Assembly: GCA_016839365.1 (NCBI GenBank)
Contig: JAEOUH010000069.1
Span: 1 to 64,000, forward strand
Origin: Candidatus Hermodarchaeota archaeon
GTDB lineage: Archaea > Asgardarchaeota > Hermodarchaeia > Hermodarchaeales > Hermodarchaeaceae
DNA length: 64,000 nucleotides
Reading direction: 5' to 3'
In this document: piece after piece, positions 29,772 to 39,578 of the stretch
Layout of the letters: each line of letters starts with the position of its first letter
Numbering within the stretch: the first letter of the stretch is position 1
Translations under genes and position numbers: made by a program
Notes under the pieces: generated by a model
The model's database searches: none
What the model was told of the DNA's origin: nothing
The model's input: only the letters and a program-made list of their open reading frames with translations

Positions 29772-30368
29772 ATGATCGAGTTGCAGTCAAACCCAGTCGG
29801 ATGGATATCTACAGGAGATGCAAGTCTACCCAGGAAAGCAGTTCTGAAATTGATTGTCGTTGGAGACGGAGGTGTGGGAAAAACCACCCTCATCCATCGA
29901 TACTTGACCGGCACTTATCTGGACCAACGCATGACGGTTGGTTCTGGCTTCGCCACCTGCGACCTTAATATGGAAGGGGTAACTATCACCTTAGCAATTT
30001 GGGATTTCGCAGGTGAAGAACGGTTCCGCTTCCTTTTGCCCACCTATTGCCGGGGAAGCCTCGGCTGTATTCTAGCATTCGATTTAACACGCCCTCCCAC
30101 TTTCTACCACCTGGATCAATGGCTAACTTTAGTTCGCAGCAATACTGATGATATACCAATTTTACTCGTCGGAAACAAAAGTGATGCTGGGGATAAAAAC
30201 AGCGATTTAGCAAGAGATTACACTCAAATAAATAATTTAGCTGATTACTTGGAAACAAGTGCTAAGGAAGGCTATAATGTGATCAAAACCTTCGAAACCA
30301 TAGCCACTCTCATGTGGACCCGGACAACCACAGCAGCGCCCCAATCTCTACTCACTACTGCAACCTGA
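29772..30368 (+). CDS. Rab-like small GTPase
   Basis: GDGGVGKT, TVGSGF, WDFAGEERF, GNKSD, ETSAK. Confidence 0.92.
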   Translation: MIELQSNPVGWISTGDASLPRKAVLKLIVVGDGGVGKTTLIHRYLTGTYLDQRMTVGSGFATCDLNMEGVTITLAIWDFAGEERFRFLLPTYCRGSLGCILAFDLTRPPTFYHLDQWLTLVRSNTDDIPILLVGNKSDAGDKNSDLARDYTQINNLADYLETSAKEGYNVIKTFETIATLMWTRTTTAAPQSLLTTAT

Positions 30369-30517
30369 TTAGCTCTCTTCTAATCCCCCCATTAGAGTAG
30401 GGATTATTTCGTAACCATAAGCCCAACAATCCAAGGAGTCAGACTTGACTGTTCAATACGTAATAATTGAAGCAATTACTCAAGGTTCAAGTTACAACAG
30501 GTTTGGCTAAAACGTCC

Positions 30518-32335
30518 CTACTTGTTCGATACTTGATTCAAGAAAAACTCGATTACCTTTCCATACTGTTTCTTTAAGTGATCCGCTTTTTGAGCTCCAT
30601 GTCCTGCTTCCTGTTCAACATAGATACCAACTGGTTTGTCAAAGGAGACTGCCTTACCCACGAAAGTATAAATGGGTTCAACGGGGCACCGCGAATCGTT
30701 GGCCCGATGAACAATGAAGAGGGGCTCGTCAAGTTGATTTACATAATTAATTGCAGATCGATCAAGGTAGAGCTCGCTATTCTCTTCCGGTTTTCCAAAG
30801 AAGTGTTCTGTGAACGCTTTGAATACTGCATCACCCAGGCGATGCATTTCAAACCAATCTGTGATACCGACTATGGCGGCGCCTGCATCAAAGGTCCCTG
30901 GATACTTGGTTAAGCCCAGGAATGTAATGAATCCACCATAACTGGCTCCTGTCAGGAAGATTTTGTTGCTAGCTGGATACCTCTTTCGCAAATAGTCGCG
31001 AGCCGCTACAACATCCTTTAAATCTGCTCCCCCTAAATCTAAGATATTTGCTTCGAGGAATTCACGTCCATATCCAGTGCTTCCACGAATATTAGGACAG
31101 AATACACGAAAACCTGAAGCCGCATATGCCTGTATGATAATCCCCATTGCCCCCCAATCATACGAGAACTCCCATGATGGACCCCCATGAATCAAGACTA
31201 TTATTGGATTACCTGGGAGTTCTGGGGCATCTTCGGTTGGGGGAACATCAAAACCCGGAATTGACCAATTATCAACACTAGGATACCAAGTGAGTTGTCC
31301 TTGTGATAACTTAGAAATGACTTTGGGTTTGGAATCTGCCAAGACTTTGAATTGACTTTTTTCAGGTAAATACTCCCCGATTTGAGTTGGTGTATCAAAA
31401 CTTGACCATGCAAGAAAAAGGCGTCCAGTTTTTTTATCAATTCGGATTGCGCTGACCCAGCCTGGGTCTAATGGCAACTCGACAGGGGGACTGGAGGCAT
31501 CAAGCGGTTCCCGATATAATCGTGTTTGTCCTTCCTTCTTTGCCGCGTAAAGAACCTCCTTACTTTTCGGAATGACCTTTACATCCACATAGTCCAACGC
31601 TAGTCCTAGTTGAGTGGCCTGAAGATAGTGAATATTATGGTTTTTTCGATTCCAAACTGCTAATGTCGGCTCTCCTGGCTCATTCGTACTAAACACCAGA
31701 TTATCTCCGGTTTCGTCCCATACCCTGTGATAATTTTCGCTCGTTTCAGACACAGAGATGGTATTAACGAGATCGCCAGTGCGATAGTCCATCATCTTGA
31801 TCAACGTCGCTGTTCGAGATCCCTCACGATACTCAGTCCATGCCACAAGGGGCTTGTTTGGGTTGACAGGTCCAATTTCACCCAGCTGCTGTGTCTGATA
31901 GATTTGTGAAATCGCCTGCTCAGAGAGATTATATTTCCATATCCCATATTTCTCTGGTGAAGAGCCCGCAAATAGAATAACATCATCTGGCGTCCATTTT
32001 AGGCCACTGACTCTCATCGAATCTAATTGCTTGAAGACCGTGGTTTCATTCTTTCCAAAATCATACAAGTATAAATGGTGCTTTTCACTCCCACCACGAG
32101 CCATGGGAAAGAGGAATTGCGAATCATCCTTCGACAATGCTCCCTCTAGCACTCGGTCCTCTCCTAACGTAATCGGATGCCAGCTTTCGGGCTCATCAAG
32201 TGGGATTTGGTAAACGTGATGAACATTCTCTTTGTTACTCACAAATAGTAAAAACGATCCATCATGTGACACGTCTAACAAACTTAAATCTGGGATACCA
32301 AAAATTTTCGCAACATTCTTACTAAATGCTACCAT
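30518..32335 (-). CDS. S9 family serine peptidase (acylaminoacyl-peptidase-like)
   Basis: N-terminal beta-propeller; IHGGP, PNIRGSTGYG, GASYGG nucleophile, ND.RCP, AGHG. Confidence 0.92.
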   Translation of the reverse strand: MVAFSKNVAKIFGIPDLSLLDVSHDGSFLLFVSNKENVHHVYQIPLDEPESWHPITLGEDRVLEGALSKDDSQFLFPMARGGSEKHHLYLYDFGKNETTVFKQLDSMRVSGLKWTPDDVILFAGSSPEKYGIWKYNLSEQAISQIYQTQQLGEIGPVNPNKPLVAWTEYREGSRTATLIKMMDYRTGDLVNTISVSETSENYHRVWDETGDNLVFSTNEPGEPTLAVWNRKNHNIHYLQATQLGLALDYVDVKVIPKSKEVLYAAKKEGQTRLYREPLDASSPPVELPLDPGWVSAIRIDKKTGRLFLAWSSFDTPTQIGEYLPEKSQFKVLADSKPKVISKLSQGQLTWYPSVDNWSIPGFDVPPTEDAPELPGNPIIVLIHGGPSWEFSYDWGAMGIIIQAYAASGFRVFCPNIRGSTGYGREFLEANILDLGGADLKDVVAARDYLRKRYPASNKIFLTGASYGGFITFLGLTKYPGTFDAGAAIVGITDWFEMHRLGDAVFKAFTEHFFGKPEENSELYLDRSAINYVNQLDEPLFIVHRANDSRCPVEPIYTFVGKAVSFDKPVGIYVEQEAGHGAQKADHLKKQYGKVIEFFLNQVSNK

Positions 32336-32520
32336 ATATAATCCTCACTAATCTGAAGCTTACCATACTCTTCTTCTCATCTTCTTCAAATAAGTAACAG
32401 TATTTTCATTTCTCCCTTGTGACCAACCAAACATCGAAGAAGGGAAATACACTTAACTGACTCACCGAACCGTCCTAACCCCAACTGGAGGGGAAATAGA
32501 CATTATCGAGATGCACGTTA

Positions 32521-33882
32521 ATGACCCAAGCTGAACGCCCCCCAACCAAAGAAGAGCTCCTCGAAAAGGCCAAACAACCGGCCAAAGAAGCTATGCAACT
32601 CCACCCCTACTACAAAGGCAAAATCCAAACCATCCCCAAGTGCACAATCCGGGGATTCGACGACTTTGCTATCTGGTACACTCCAGGTGTCGCTGCTCCA
32701 TGTCGCGATATCCAAGCAAATCCAGACAAGGTCTGGGAGCACACCAACAAAGCCAATATGATCGCTGTTGTTACCGATGGTAGCCGAGTACTCGGATTAG
32801 GAAACATCGGTCCCGAAGCCTCATTACCAGTTATGGAAGGCAAATCATTAATCTTCAAGTATCTGGGCGGAGTTGATGCGATTCCGATTGCCTTGAATAC
32901 CCAGGATCCCGAGAACTTCATTCGCGCGACTAAGCTTCTGGAACCCGCTTTTGGTGGAATTAACTTAGAGGATATTGAGAAACCCAAATGCTTCAACATC
33001 TTACACCGATTGAAAACGGATATGAAAATTCCCGTCTTTCATGACGATCAGCAAGGAACTGCGACCATCATTCTAGCTGGTTTAATTGGTGCATTACGCT
33101 TCGTAGGGAAATCACTAGACCAGGTTCAAATCGCCATGCTCGGTGTGGGTGCAGCGAACACTTGTACTGCGGAGCTACTAATTGAGGCTGGTGTACCCGC
33201 TGGTAACATAATCCTCTGTGACCGTGATGGGCTGCTTTACAAGGGTCGTGAGGATTTGAAGGCAATGAAAGAGGATGAGCATGAGAAATATGACCTGGCC
33301 ATCCTGACTAACGAGGAACAACGCTCCGGTGATTTTGGTGAAGCCCTTCGTGGTGCTGATGTCTGTATCAGCGCCTCCGCACCTACTCCAGGTCTAATCA
33401 AGAAGGTGTGGGTTGAAAAGATGGCTAAAGACGCCATCGTCTTTGCTTGTGCCAATCCGCTTCCCGAAATCTGGCCTTGGGAAGCCAAAGAAGCTGGCGC
33501 TAAGGTGGTTGGAACAGGTCGCAGCGACTTTGATAACCAAATCAACAACAGCCTCGGATTTCCCGCCATCTTTCGTGGAGCCCTCGATGTCCGAGCCATG
33601 GAGATTACCGATGAGATGTGCATCGCCGCAGCAACCAAACTAGCTGACCTCGCTGAACAACGTGGATTACGAGAAGATTATGTGATTCCCAGTATGCAAG
33701 AATGGGAACTCTATCCTGCTGAAGCAGTTGCAGTTGGCATGAAGGCTATTGAACAGAAGATTGCCCGTAAAGAGTGGGAAGAGAATGAACTCCTTGCACA
33801 TGCTACTAAGATCATTAAACGCTCCATCGATGTGACTCAGTCCCTCATGGACAACGGGTTCATTCCCAAAGCACCCTTCTAA
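32521..33882 (+). CDS. NAD(P)-dependent malic enzyme
   Basis: YTPGVA, VTDGSRVLGLGNIG, PVMEGK, INLEDI, FHDDQQGT, ANP.PEI, TGRSD..NQINN. Confidence 0.95.
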   Translation: MTQAERPPTKEELLEKAKQPAKEAMQLHPYYKGKIQTIPKCTIRGFDDFAIWYTPGVAAPCRDIQANPDKVWEHTNKANMIAVVTDGSRVLGLGNIGPEASLPVMEGKSLIFKYLGGVDAIPIALNTQDPENFIRATKLLEPAFGGINLEDIEKPKCFNILHRLKTDMKIPVFHDDQQGTATIILAGLIGALRFVGKSLDQVQIAMLGVGAANTCTAELLIEAGVPAGNIILCDRDGLLYKGREDLKAMKEDEHEKYDLAILTNEEQRSGDFGEALRGADVCISASAPTPGLIKKVWVEKMAKDAIVFACANPLPEIWPWEAKEAGAKVVGTGRSDFDNQINNSLGFPAIFRGALDVRAMEITDEMCIAAATKLADLAEQRGLREDYVIPSMQEWELYPAEAVAVGMKAIEQKIARKEWEENELLAHATKIIKRSIDVTQSLMDNGFIPKAPF

Positions 33883-33999
33883 ACCAGGGCGCTTTTTTAC
33901 TCCTATACGAAAACTATAGACTCTACAAGGACAAACCTTTAACCGCTTGATTTCGAACTCGTGCTAGACTAGCTTGTTATTTCATGGGAGACCTATGCC

Positions 34000-34674
34000 A
34001 TGCCAATCTTGGTATCAGATTTAGATGGAACCCTTCTCGATGTCCGAGACCGGTTCATCCATGCACAGATCAATGCGCTAGCGGATTTCGGATACACAGT
34101 GACAATTGAGCAGGTCAGTCCACTCACAGAATTTACGATGGATTACAAACAATTCCTCGGAGGATTAGATGTCCAACTTTCCCAAGAGGACCTCATCCAC
34201 TATTTCCTACGTATCGAACAGGAATTCTACAAAGGCTGGCAATACTCCTATGTGTTTCCTGGCGTCATCGAAGCCCTTAAGGAGATCCGTCCTCGCGTCG
34301 ATGCTCTACGTTTGATTACATCACGGGCGTGGGTTGAGGAGACACGGGACGAAGTCAATCATTTTGGATTGGATATCCTCTTTGATCGTCAAGTGGTTAC
34401 TCGCGGTGACTTGGCTCGTGCCGAGGGCGTCCAAGAAGTTCCGCTCTACCCATTTTTAGATCATCGGCAACGACTAATCCAACTTGCCATTGCTGACCTG
34501 GAAACACCAAATGATGTCTGGGTAATCGGTGATTCACCCAATGAAATGGAAGCAGCACAGAGACTAGGATATACCTCGGTTGGGGTATTAACTGGTTTCT
34601 ACACACCTGAAGCCTTGGACCCGTATTGCACCCACGTCCTCAATTCAGTAGCAGATATCGACACCCTTCTCTAG
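34000..34674 (+). CDS. HAD-superfamily hydrolase (paralog 1)
   Basis: DLDGTL motif I, ITSR motif II, VIGDS motif IV. Confidence 0.85.
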   Translation: MPILVSDLDGTLLDVRDRFIHAQINALADFGYTVTIEQVSPLTEFTMDYKQFLGGLDVQLSQEDLIHYFLRIEQEFYKGWQYSYVFPGVIEALKEIRPRVDALRLITSRAWVEETRDEVNHFGLDILFDRQVVTRGDLARAEGVQEVPLYPFLDHRQRLIQLAIADLETPNDVWVIGDSPNEMEAAQRLGYTSVGVLTGFYTPEALDPYCTHVLNSVADIDTLL

Positions 34675-34739
34675 TTTGTGTTCAGTTCCTGACATAGTCA
34701 AGCTTATAACCGAACTAAACCTCCATCCCCCCAGTCACA

Positions 34740-35417
34740 ATGAAGTTGAAAGCATTCCTTTCCGACCTCGATGGCACCCTCATCGATACCCGAGAAAGAG
34801 CTATCCACGCCCACGCTAGCGGTCTGCACAGTATAGGTTATGATGTAACAGCCGAACAGGTACAGAGTCTATATCGATACTCCTTTGATACACGAGATCT
34901 CCTCAACCGCTTAAACATTCAGCTCTCAGAATCCGAGTTCATCCACTATATCATGGGTTTCCGTGAATTCTTCTTTTCACATTCTGAACTCTCCCATATC
35001 ATTCCAGGCACCATCGAAGCGCTCGAAAAGCTTCAACCGCAAATCGAACACATGCGAATTATCACATCACGACAAGACAGTGACCAAACTCGCCAAGAAA
35101 TCCGACGCTTTGGATTCCACAAGTGGTTCGAGGACATTTTCACTCGTGGTGACTTGGCCCAAGCTGAGGGCAAAGATCGCATTCCCCTATTCCCATATCT
35201 CCCCCACCGTCGCGGACTTATACGATTGGCTGTACAAGATGTCAAGACCGAAGGTGACGTCTGGGTGGTCGGTGATTCGGCGGGTGAATTGGAAGCCGCG
35301 AAAAGCCTCGGATGCTTCACCATCGGTGTCCTCACGGGATTTGGTACTAACGACGATTTAGCCCCCTTCGCTAGTCGCATATTCGACTCTTTCAAGGAAA
35401 TTGTGCAACTTATCTAA
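34740..35417 (+). CDS. HAD-superfamily hydrolase (paralog 2)
   Basis: DLDGTL, ITSR, VVGDS; clearly similar to the upstream gene. Confidence 0.85.
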   Translation: MKLKAFLSDLDGTLIDTRERAIHAHASGLHSIGYDVTAEQVQSLYRYSFDTRDLLNRLNIQLSESEFIHYIMGFREFFFSHSELSHIIPGTIEALEKLQPQIEHMRIITSRQDSDQTRQEIRRFGFHKWFEDIFTRGDLAQAEGKDRIPLFPYLPHRRGLIRLAVQDVKTEGDVWVVGDSAGELEAAKSLGCFTIGVLTGFGTNDDLAPFASRIFDSFKEIVQLI

Positions 35418-35435
35418 GACACTACAATATGGTTT

Positions 35436-36905
35436 GTGGACATGTCTCCCACACCCTCTCAACCCACCAACTGTGACACCGATTCCACACGATTTGACAC
35501 CCGACAGTATCAAGAACATATCCTCCGACGAATCAAGGAAAACCGGAACCATAACATCTTGGTAGAATTAGACTGTGGGCTAGGCAAACGCGTCCTCACC
35601 TACAAATTAGTCACCGAGCAGTTTCCACAAACCCGGTTCATCATCACAGTCAACTCGTCATCCTCACTTCAAGAAACCGCCCAATATCTGGAAAAAGAAT
35701 ACGGCGGTGTTGAAGGCTTAGGTATCCTGGCTCCCAACGTTCAAGGACCTCATCGTGAACAACTCTTGCGAGAATCTCGGGTAGTCTTGTGCACACCTCG
35801 AGTGCTAGCCAACATTCTTAAAAAAGGCAATCTGACGCCAACCAACTTCGACGGCTTGATGATCAACGAAGTAGACACTATCATTAGGCGGGTTGGACAG
35901 GAGCGGGTGCTTATCCAACCGTGGAGTTATCTCCTCGAATTCTTTAAAGACAATTGGATTATTGGGCTCAGCGGTACCCTTCGCGACGATCATGTAGTGT
36001 TCACTGAAGAGCAGCTCCAGATCCGTAATGAACTCCAAACCCTTGCAGTGTTTCTACCTAACGTCGAACTGATCAGCATGAACGAATTGGCCGACACTGA
36101 TTTGAGCGAGTTCATCAAACCCACAATCTTGGATGCGGTTCCAGTCACCAGTCCAGTGATTCGAGCCACCTCCCTGGTCATCGACGACCTCATCCAATCC
36201 ACCCGGGAAGAAATTCACCAAAGGGTTCGCGAAGAAACCGGTCAGTCGATAGGGGAACTTCCAGAATCCACACGTATTCTACATTTAATCCTCCACGAAC
36301 TCCCCATCTCAGAAGAACTCGCTCAAAAATACAGCGGACTCCTAATGACCCGGAAATATTTGTACGGCATGGCATCTAAAAGCTTCCGCCGCTACCTCCA
36401 CCACCCCACCCTCAAATCTAACATCGATGTTAACCGCATGATGCAGGATTGGCCTAAAATCACTCCCAAATCACTGAAAGCCCAAGAGCTTGCATTAAAC
36501 GCTGACAAAACCGTCATCCTTACCTCATACCTCAACGTCGTCAGTGAAATAGACAGCTTGCTCAAAGTGAGGGGAGTAAATACTTTTCAACTCACCGGAC
36601 GCACCCAAGACAAACAAGCAGTGCTATCACAATTCAAACAGGCCAAACCACCTGCCGCAGTCATTTTATCTCCGGTCGGTGAGCGTGACCTTGACTTACC
36701 CGATGCCGATTTGCTTATAATTTGTGATACCGTCAATACGACGAAAACGGTCTATCAGAAAATGAAGCGTAGCCGTGGTGGACGAGTTGTTTTCTTGGTG
36801 TATGCAGACACCTCAGAAGTGGAGAAACTCCGACGCCTCCTAGATAACATCATGGAGCGGTATCCCTGGTCATCACGACTCGGCGATATGAAAGATTTGC
36901 GCTAA
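35436..36905 (+). CDS. superfamily-2 helicase-like protein (Hef/FANCM-like) with degenerate motifs
   Basis: RQYQ Q-motif, LDCGLGKR, VLCTP, INEVD, GLSGT, GERDLDLPDAD, QKMKRSRGGR. Confidence 0.7.
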   Translation: MDMSPTPSQPTNCDTDSTRFDTRQYQEHILRRIKENRNHNILVELDCGLGKRVLTYKLVTEQFPQTRFIITVNSSSSLQETAQYLEKEYGGVEGLGILAPNVQGPHREQLLRESRVVLCTPRVLANILKKGNLTPTNFDGLMINEVDTIIRRVGQERVLIQPWSYLLEFFKDNWIIGLSGTLRDDHVVFTEEQLQIRNELQTLAVFLPNVELISMNELADTDLSEFIKPTILDAVPVTSPVIRATSLVIDDLIQSTREEIHQRVREETGQSIGELPESTRILHLILHELPISEELAQKYSGLLMTRKYLYGMASKSFRRYLHHPTLKSNIDVNRMMQDWPKITPKSLKAQELALNADKTVILTSYLNVVSEIDSLLKVRGVNTFQLTGRTQDKQAVLSQFKQAKPPAAVILSPVGERDLDLPDADLLIICDTVNTTKTVYQKMKRSRGGRVVFLVYADTSEVEKLRRLLDNIMERYPWSSRLGDMKDLR

Positions 36906-36930
36906 CAAAATACCCTGATATTGCCCTCCC

Positions 36931-37455
36931 CTACCAGGTCAGCCATCGAAACCAGACCATAAGGCTCACCATGATAATATAAACCAATACTACAAAATTC
37001 AGGCCCATCAGAAGAAGAAGTGAATTAACGATACTGCGAATATCAACGAGAAGAGAGGATAAAGTAGAGAAATACCCAAGAATGAAAGTTGTCCATTGGA
37101 TCCAAATTGCTGCCACCATGATAGACGCAATCGCACTTGCGAAGAACCATCGAGTATTTTGTGGGACATTCGTAGGATGCGAACAAACGCTGACCAATAC
37201 GCTACAAAGCCACGGTCCGAAGACAATAACACCAAAGGAAAGAGGAAAGTGAACCAGACTCAACTGGTTAAAAAACAGAAGCCCTCCCCCAGGTGTAGGA
37301 TAATATCCTATCCGAGTAATTAAGTCAAGTGAAATAATCATCTGGGCGAATACAATGATGAACTGTGTAGCTACAGCAACTGAGAGACCAACGAACACCA
37401 ATCGCCAAGCTAGATTACTGCCCAGGTATTCATCGTAATCGTATACAACACCCAA
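36931..37455 (-). CDS. four-TM membrane protein (paralog of the next gene)
   Basis: Y.GS..AWR, GPW, HP and C-terminal WFRWL shared with 37482-37997. Confidence 0.6.
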   Translation of the reverse strand: MGVVYDYDEYLGSNLAWRLVFVGLSVAVATQFIIVFAQMIISLDLITRIGYYPTPGGGLLFFNQLSLVHFPLSFGVIVFGPWLCSVLVSVCSHPTNVPQNTRWFFASAIASIMVAAIWIQWTTFILGYFSTLSSLLVDIRSIVNSLLLLMGLNFVVLVYIIMVSLMVWFRWLTW

Positions 37456-37481
37456 ACATGTTCCCTCGCTCCAATCCTGTT

Positions 37482-37997
37482 CTAAGGGTTATTTAAAACC
37501 TCAGATACAGGCTTTAGCCACTTCCACCAAAAAACCACACTTATCCCAACAATGGTGAACCCCACGATCCCATAGAGGATAGATGTGGTGACCAACTCAA
37601 ACAACACAAATGGATCCGGTGGGTAAGGCCAGGTAACATGGTTGTATAACAGGATTAACTCTCCCCAACACATACCGATAAACGTCATAATCAAAAATCC
37701 CTGGCCTAGCCATTGCCAATACTGGGATCCGTATTTTGGATGTGTGCTGCCAAAAATCACAATCATACCAAACCATGGGCCAATAAGCGTGGTGATTATC
37801 AGAGTAAATATCAAACTGAAGAATTGCATAGTCCCACCAAACGACCAATTCGATAGGAGAAAAGCTTGGCGTGTCAATTCAAATAACACGATTTGACTCA
37901 CGATCAGGCATAGGCTAGCACTTGTTAGAATAATGAATCCCCACCGCCATGCCCGTTTTGAACCAGGATAAACTTCAACAGACTTTTTCAATTCCAT
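37482..37997 (-). CDS. four-TM membrane protein
   Basis: YPGSKRAWR, GPW, THP, C-terminal WWKWL; ATG 37997 after GGAGAGG. Confidence 0.6.
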   Translation of the reverse strand: MELKKSVEVYPGSKRAWRWGFIILTSASLCLIVSQIVLFELTRQAFLLSNWSFGGTMQFFSLIFTLIITTLIGPWFGMIVIFGSTHPKYGSQYWQWLGQGFLIMTFIGMCWGELILLYNHVTWPYPPDPFVLFELVTTSILYGIVGFTIVGISVVFWWKWLKPVSEVLNNP

Positions 37998-38112
37998 ACA
38001 TTTTCCTCTCCATAAAATAGTAACCAAGGCACCCAGAGGGCTTGTATCCAATTAATTCTTAGTATTACAAGGATTTAACAATTCAGAACAATGTTTCAAC
38101 TTGTGAAACTGA

Positions 38113-38736
38113 ATGACCACCCACAATCAGCATTCCAAAGAAGAATCAACAGCTCCTACGGTCTTTCCTGTCTACGTCTTTGAGAGAACTAGCAAATCAA
38201 TCTTCAACTATTGTCTCAACAAAGCCACAGGGTCATCTCCGCGTGAAGCCCTGGGCGTCGTTCTGGGCTTTCGTCGACAATGGCAGGGAGAGAAGTATAT
38301 CCGTATCACCGATTGGGCCACCGGACACGTAGAAGCCAGTATTGCCCATGCCCGGTTCACTCCAGAAGGTATCCTCGAATATCGGCTTACCCTGCACGAT
38401 CGGTATGGCAATAATCCCCATTCTCCTCGCGTCGTCGGCCTCTGGCACTCCCATCCCTTTGGTGGCGATCCGCAGTTCTCCTCAACGGATTTACGTACAT
38501 TCTTCAACACGCCTTTCTGTGCTGAGGGCAACGTCTTCTTTTTGATTGATCCCCTCAGCCGGATCTTCAAAGTGTATATGCTTCGACCACGGCCCGAACA
38601 GCCCGGCTTACAGCTAGAAAGGGTAGAATGGTGTACCTATCGTCCATCAGTCCCCGCTGGGGAACCAATGCTTCAGGATAACTCGCTAATCCATGAGGAG
38701 GAAATGCGTGATGACGAAGAAGCCCACACCGATTGA
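38113..38736 (+). CDS. JAB/MPN+ (JAMM) metallo-isopeptidase
   Basis: REALG (catalytic Glu) and VGLWHSHPFGGDPQFSSTD (HxH-x7/8-SxxD), LIDP. Confidence 0.9.
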   Translation: MTTHNQHSKEESTAPTVFPVYVFERTSKSIFNYCLNKATGSSPREALGVVLGFRRQWQGEKYIRITDWATGHVEASIAHARFTPEGILEYRLTLHDRYGNNPHSPRVVGLWHSHPFGGDPQFSSTDLRTFFNTPFCAEGNVFFLIDPLSRIFKVYMLRPRPEQPGLQLERVEWCTYRPSVPAGEPMLQDNSLIHEEEMRDDEEAHTD

Positions 38737-39574
38737 TTTAGAGTATTTTGAGAAGGATCAGCATGATCGAACACGACGCTGGTTGGGGGCTACCAATCTT
38801 GAGGCCGTTCGTCAGTCAACGGTACTGATGGTGGGCGCAGGGGCAGTCGGGAATGAGGTCTGTAAGAATCTCGGCTTGTTAGGGGTTGGGAAAATCGTTT
38901 TGGTGGATCCCGATAAAGTGGCCGCCTCCAATTTGAACCGCTGTGTTTTCTTTCGTCCAGGAGACCACGATATTAAGTTCAAAGTCGATGCAGTGGCTGA
39001 GCGGCTCCCTGAACTCGCAACCGATACAGTGGTTGAACCACATGCCATACCGATACAGGTTGCACCGGACGAAGTGTGGGATGTTGACTTAGTGTTGGTC
39101 GGTGTTGACAACCATTATGCCCGCTACCTGCTGAATGCTAAAAATCTCAGCATCGAGCCACCCTTGCCAGTGATAAATGGGGCTATGGGAAAGGACTTCG
39201 TGTCAGTTGAAGTCCTCGCGCCACCAAAGACAGCGTGCTTGGTGTGTTCGTGGAGTAAAGACTTCGTCGATCATGTCATCACCAACGAAGTACGCACACG
39301 ATGTGATCCTTTCTTTGTTGACACTATGCCCCGATTTCCCATGATTAGTTTTGTTACCTCCGTTGTGGGCGCAGTGATGGCGTGGGAAGCCACAAAGATG
39401 CTTGCTGGATTACAGCAGTGGCGTCTAACGGGGCAATGGCAGGAGGGGCTCAAACCAGCACTTGGCCGGTTCATCCAATACGACTTACACAAGCATAAAT
39501 CCATGACAGGACCAATTATGGCAAATCCACGGTGTACAGAAATTTTCTGTCGCGATAAGCGGAAACATCTCTAA
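38711..39574 (+). CDS. ThiF/E1-like ubiquitin-like activating enzyme
   Basis: VGAGAVG, DPDKVAASNLNR, VDNHYAR, TACLVC, downstream RCD (candidate catalytic Cys), C-terminal PRCTEIFC; overlaps the JAB stop. Confidence 0.92.
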   Translation: MTKKPTPIDLEYFEKDQHDRTRRWLGATNLEAVRQSTVLMVGAGAVGNEVCKNLGLLGVGKIVLVDPDKVAASNLNRCVFFRPGDHDIKFKVDAVAERLPELATDTVVEPHAIPIQVAPDEVWDVDLVLVGVDNHYARYLLNAKNLSIEPPLPVINGAMGKDFVSVEVLAPPKTACLVCSWSKDFVDHVITNEVRTRCDPFFVDTMPRFPMISFVTSVVGAVMAWEATKMLAGLQQWRLTGQWQEGLKPALGRFIQYDLHKHKSMTGPIMANPRCTEIFCRDKRKHL

Positions 39575-39578
39575 CCCG

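Noticed and set aside
38711-39574. MoeB/ThiF sulfur-carrier biosynthesis enzyme
   Set aside because: Its neighbours are JAB, E2, Ubl and RING-like genes rather than Moco/thiamine genes, and it has a candidate thioester Cys after the CxxC.
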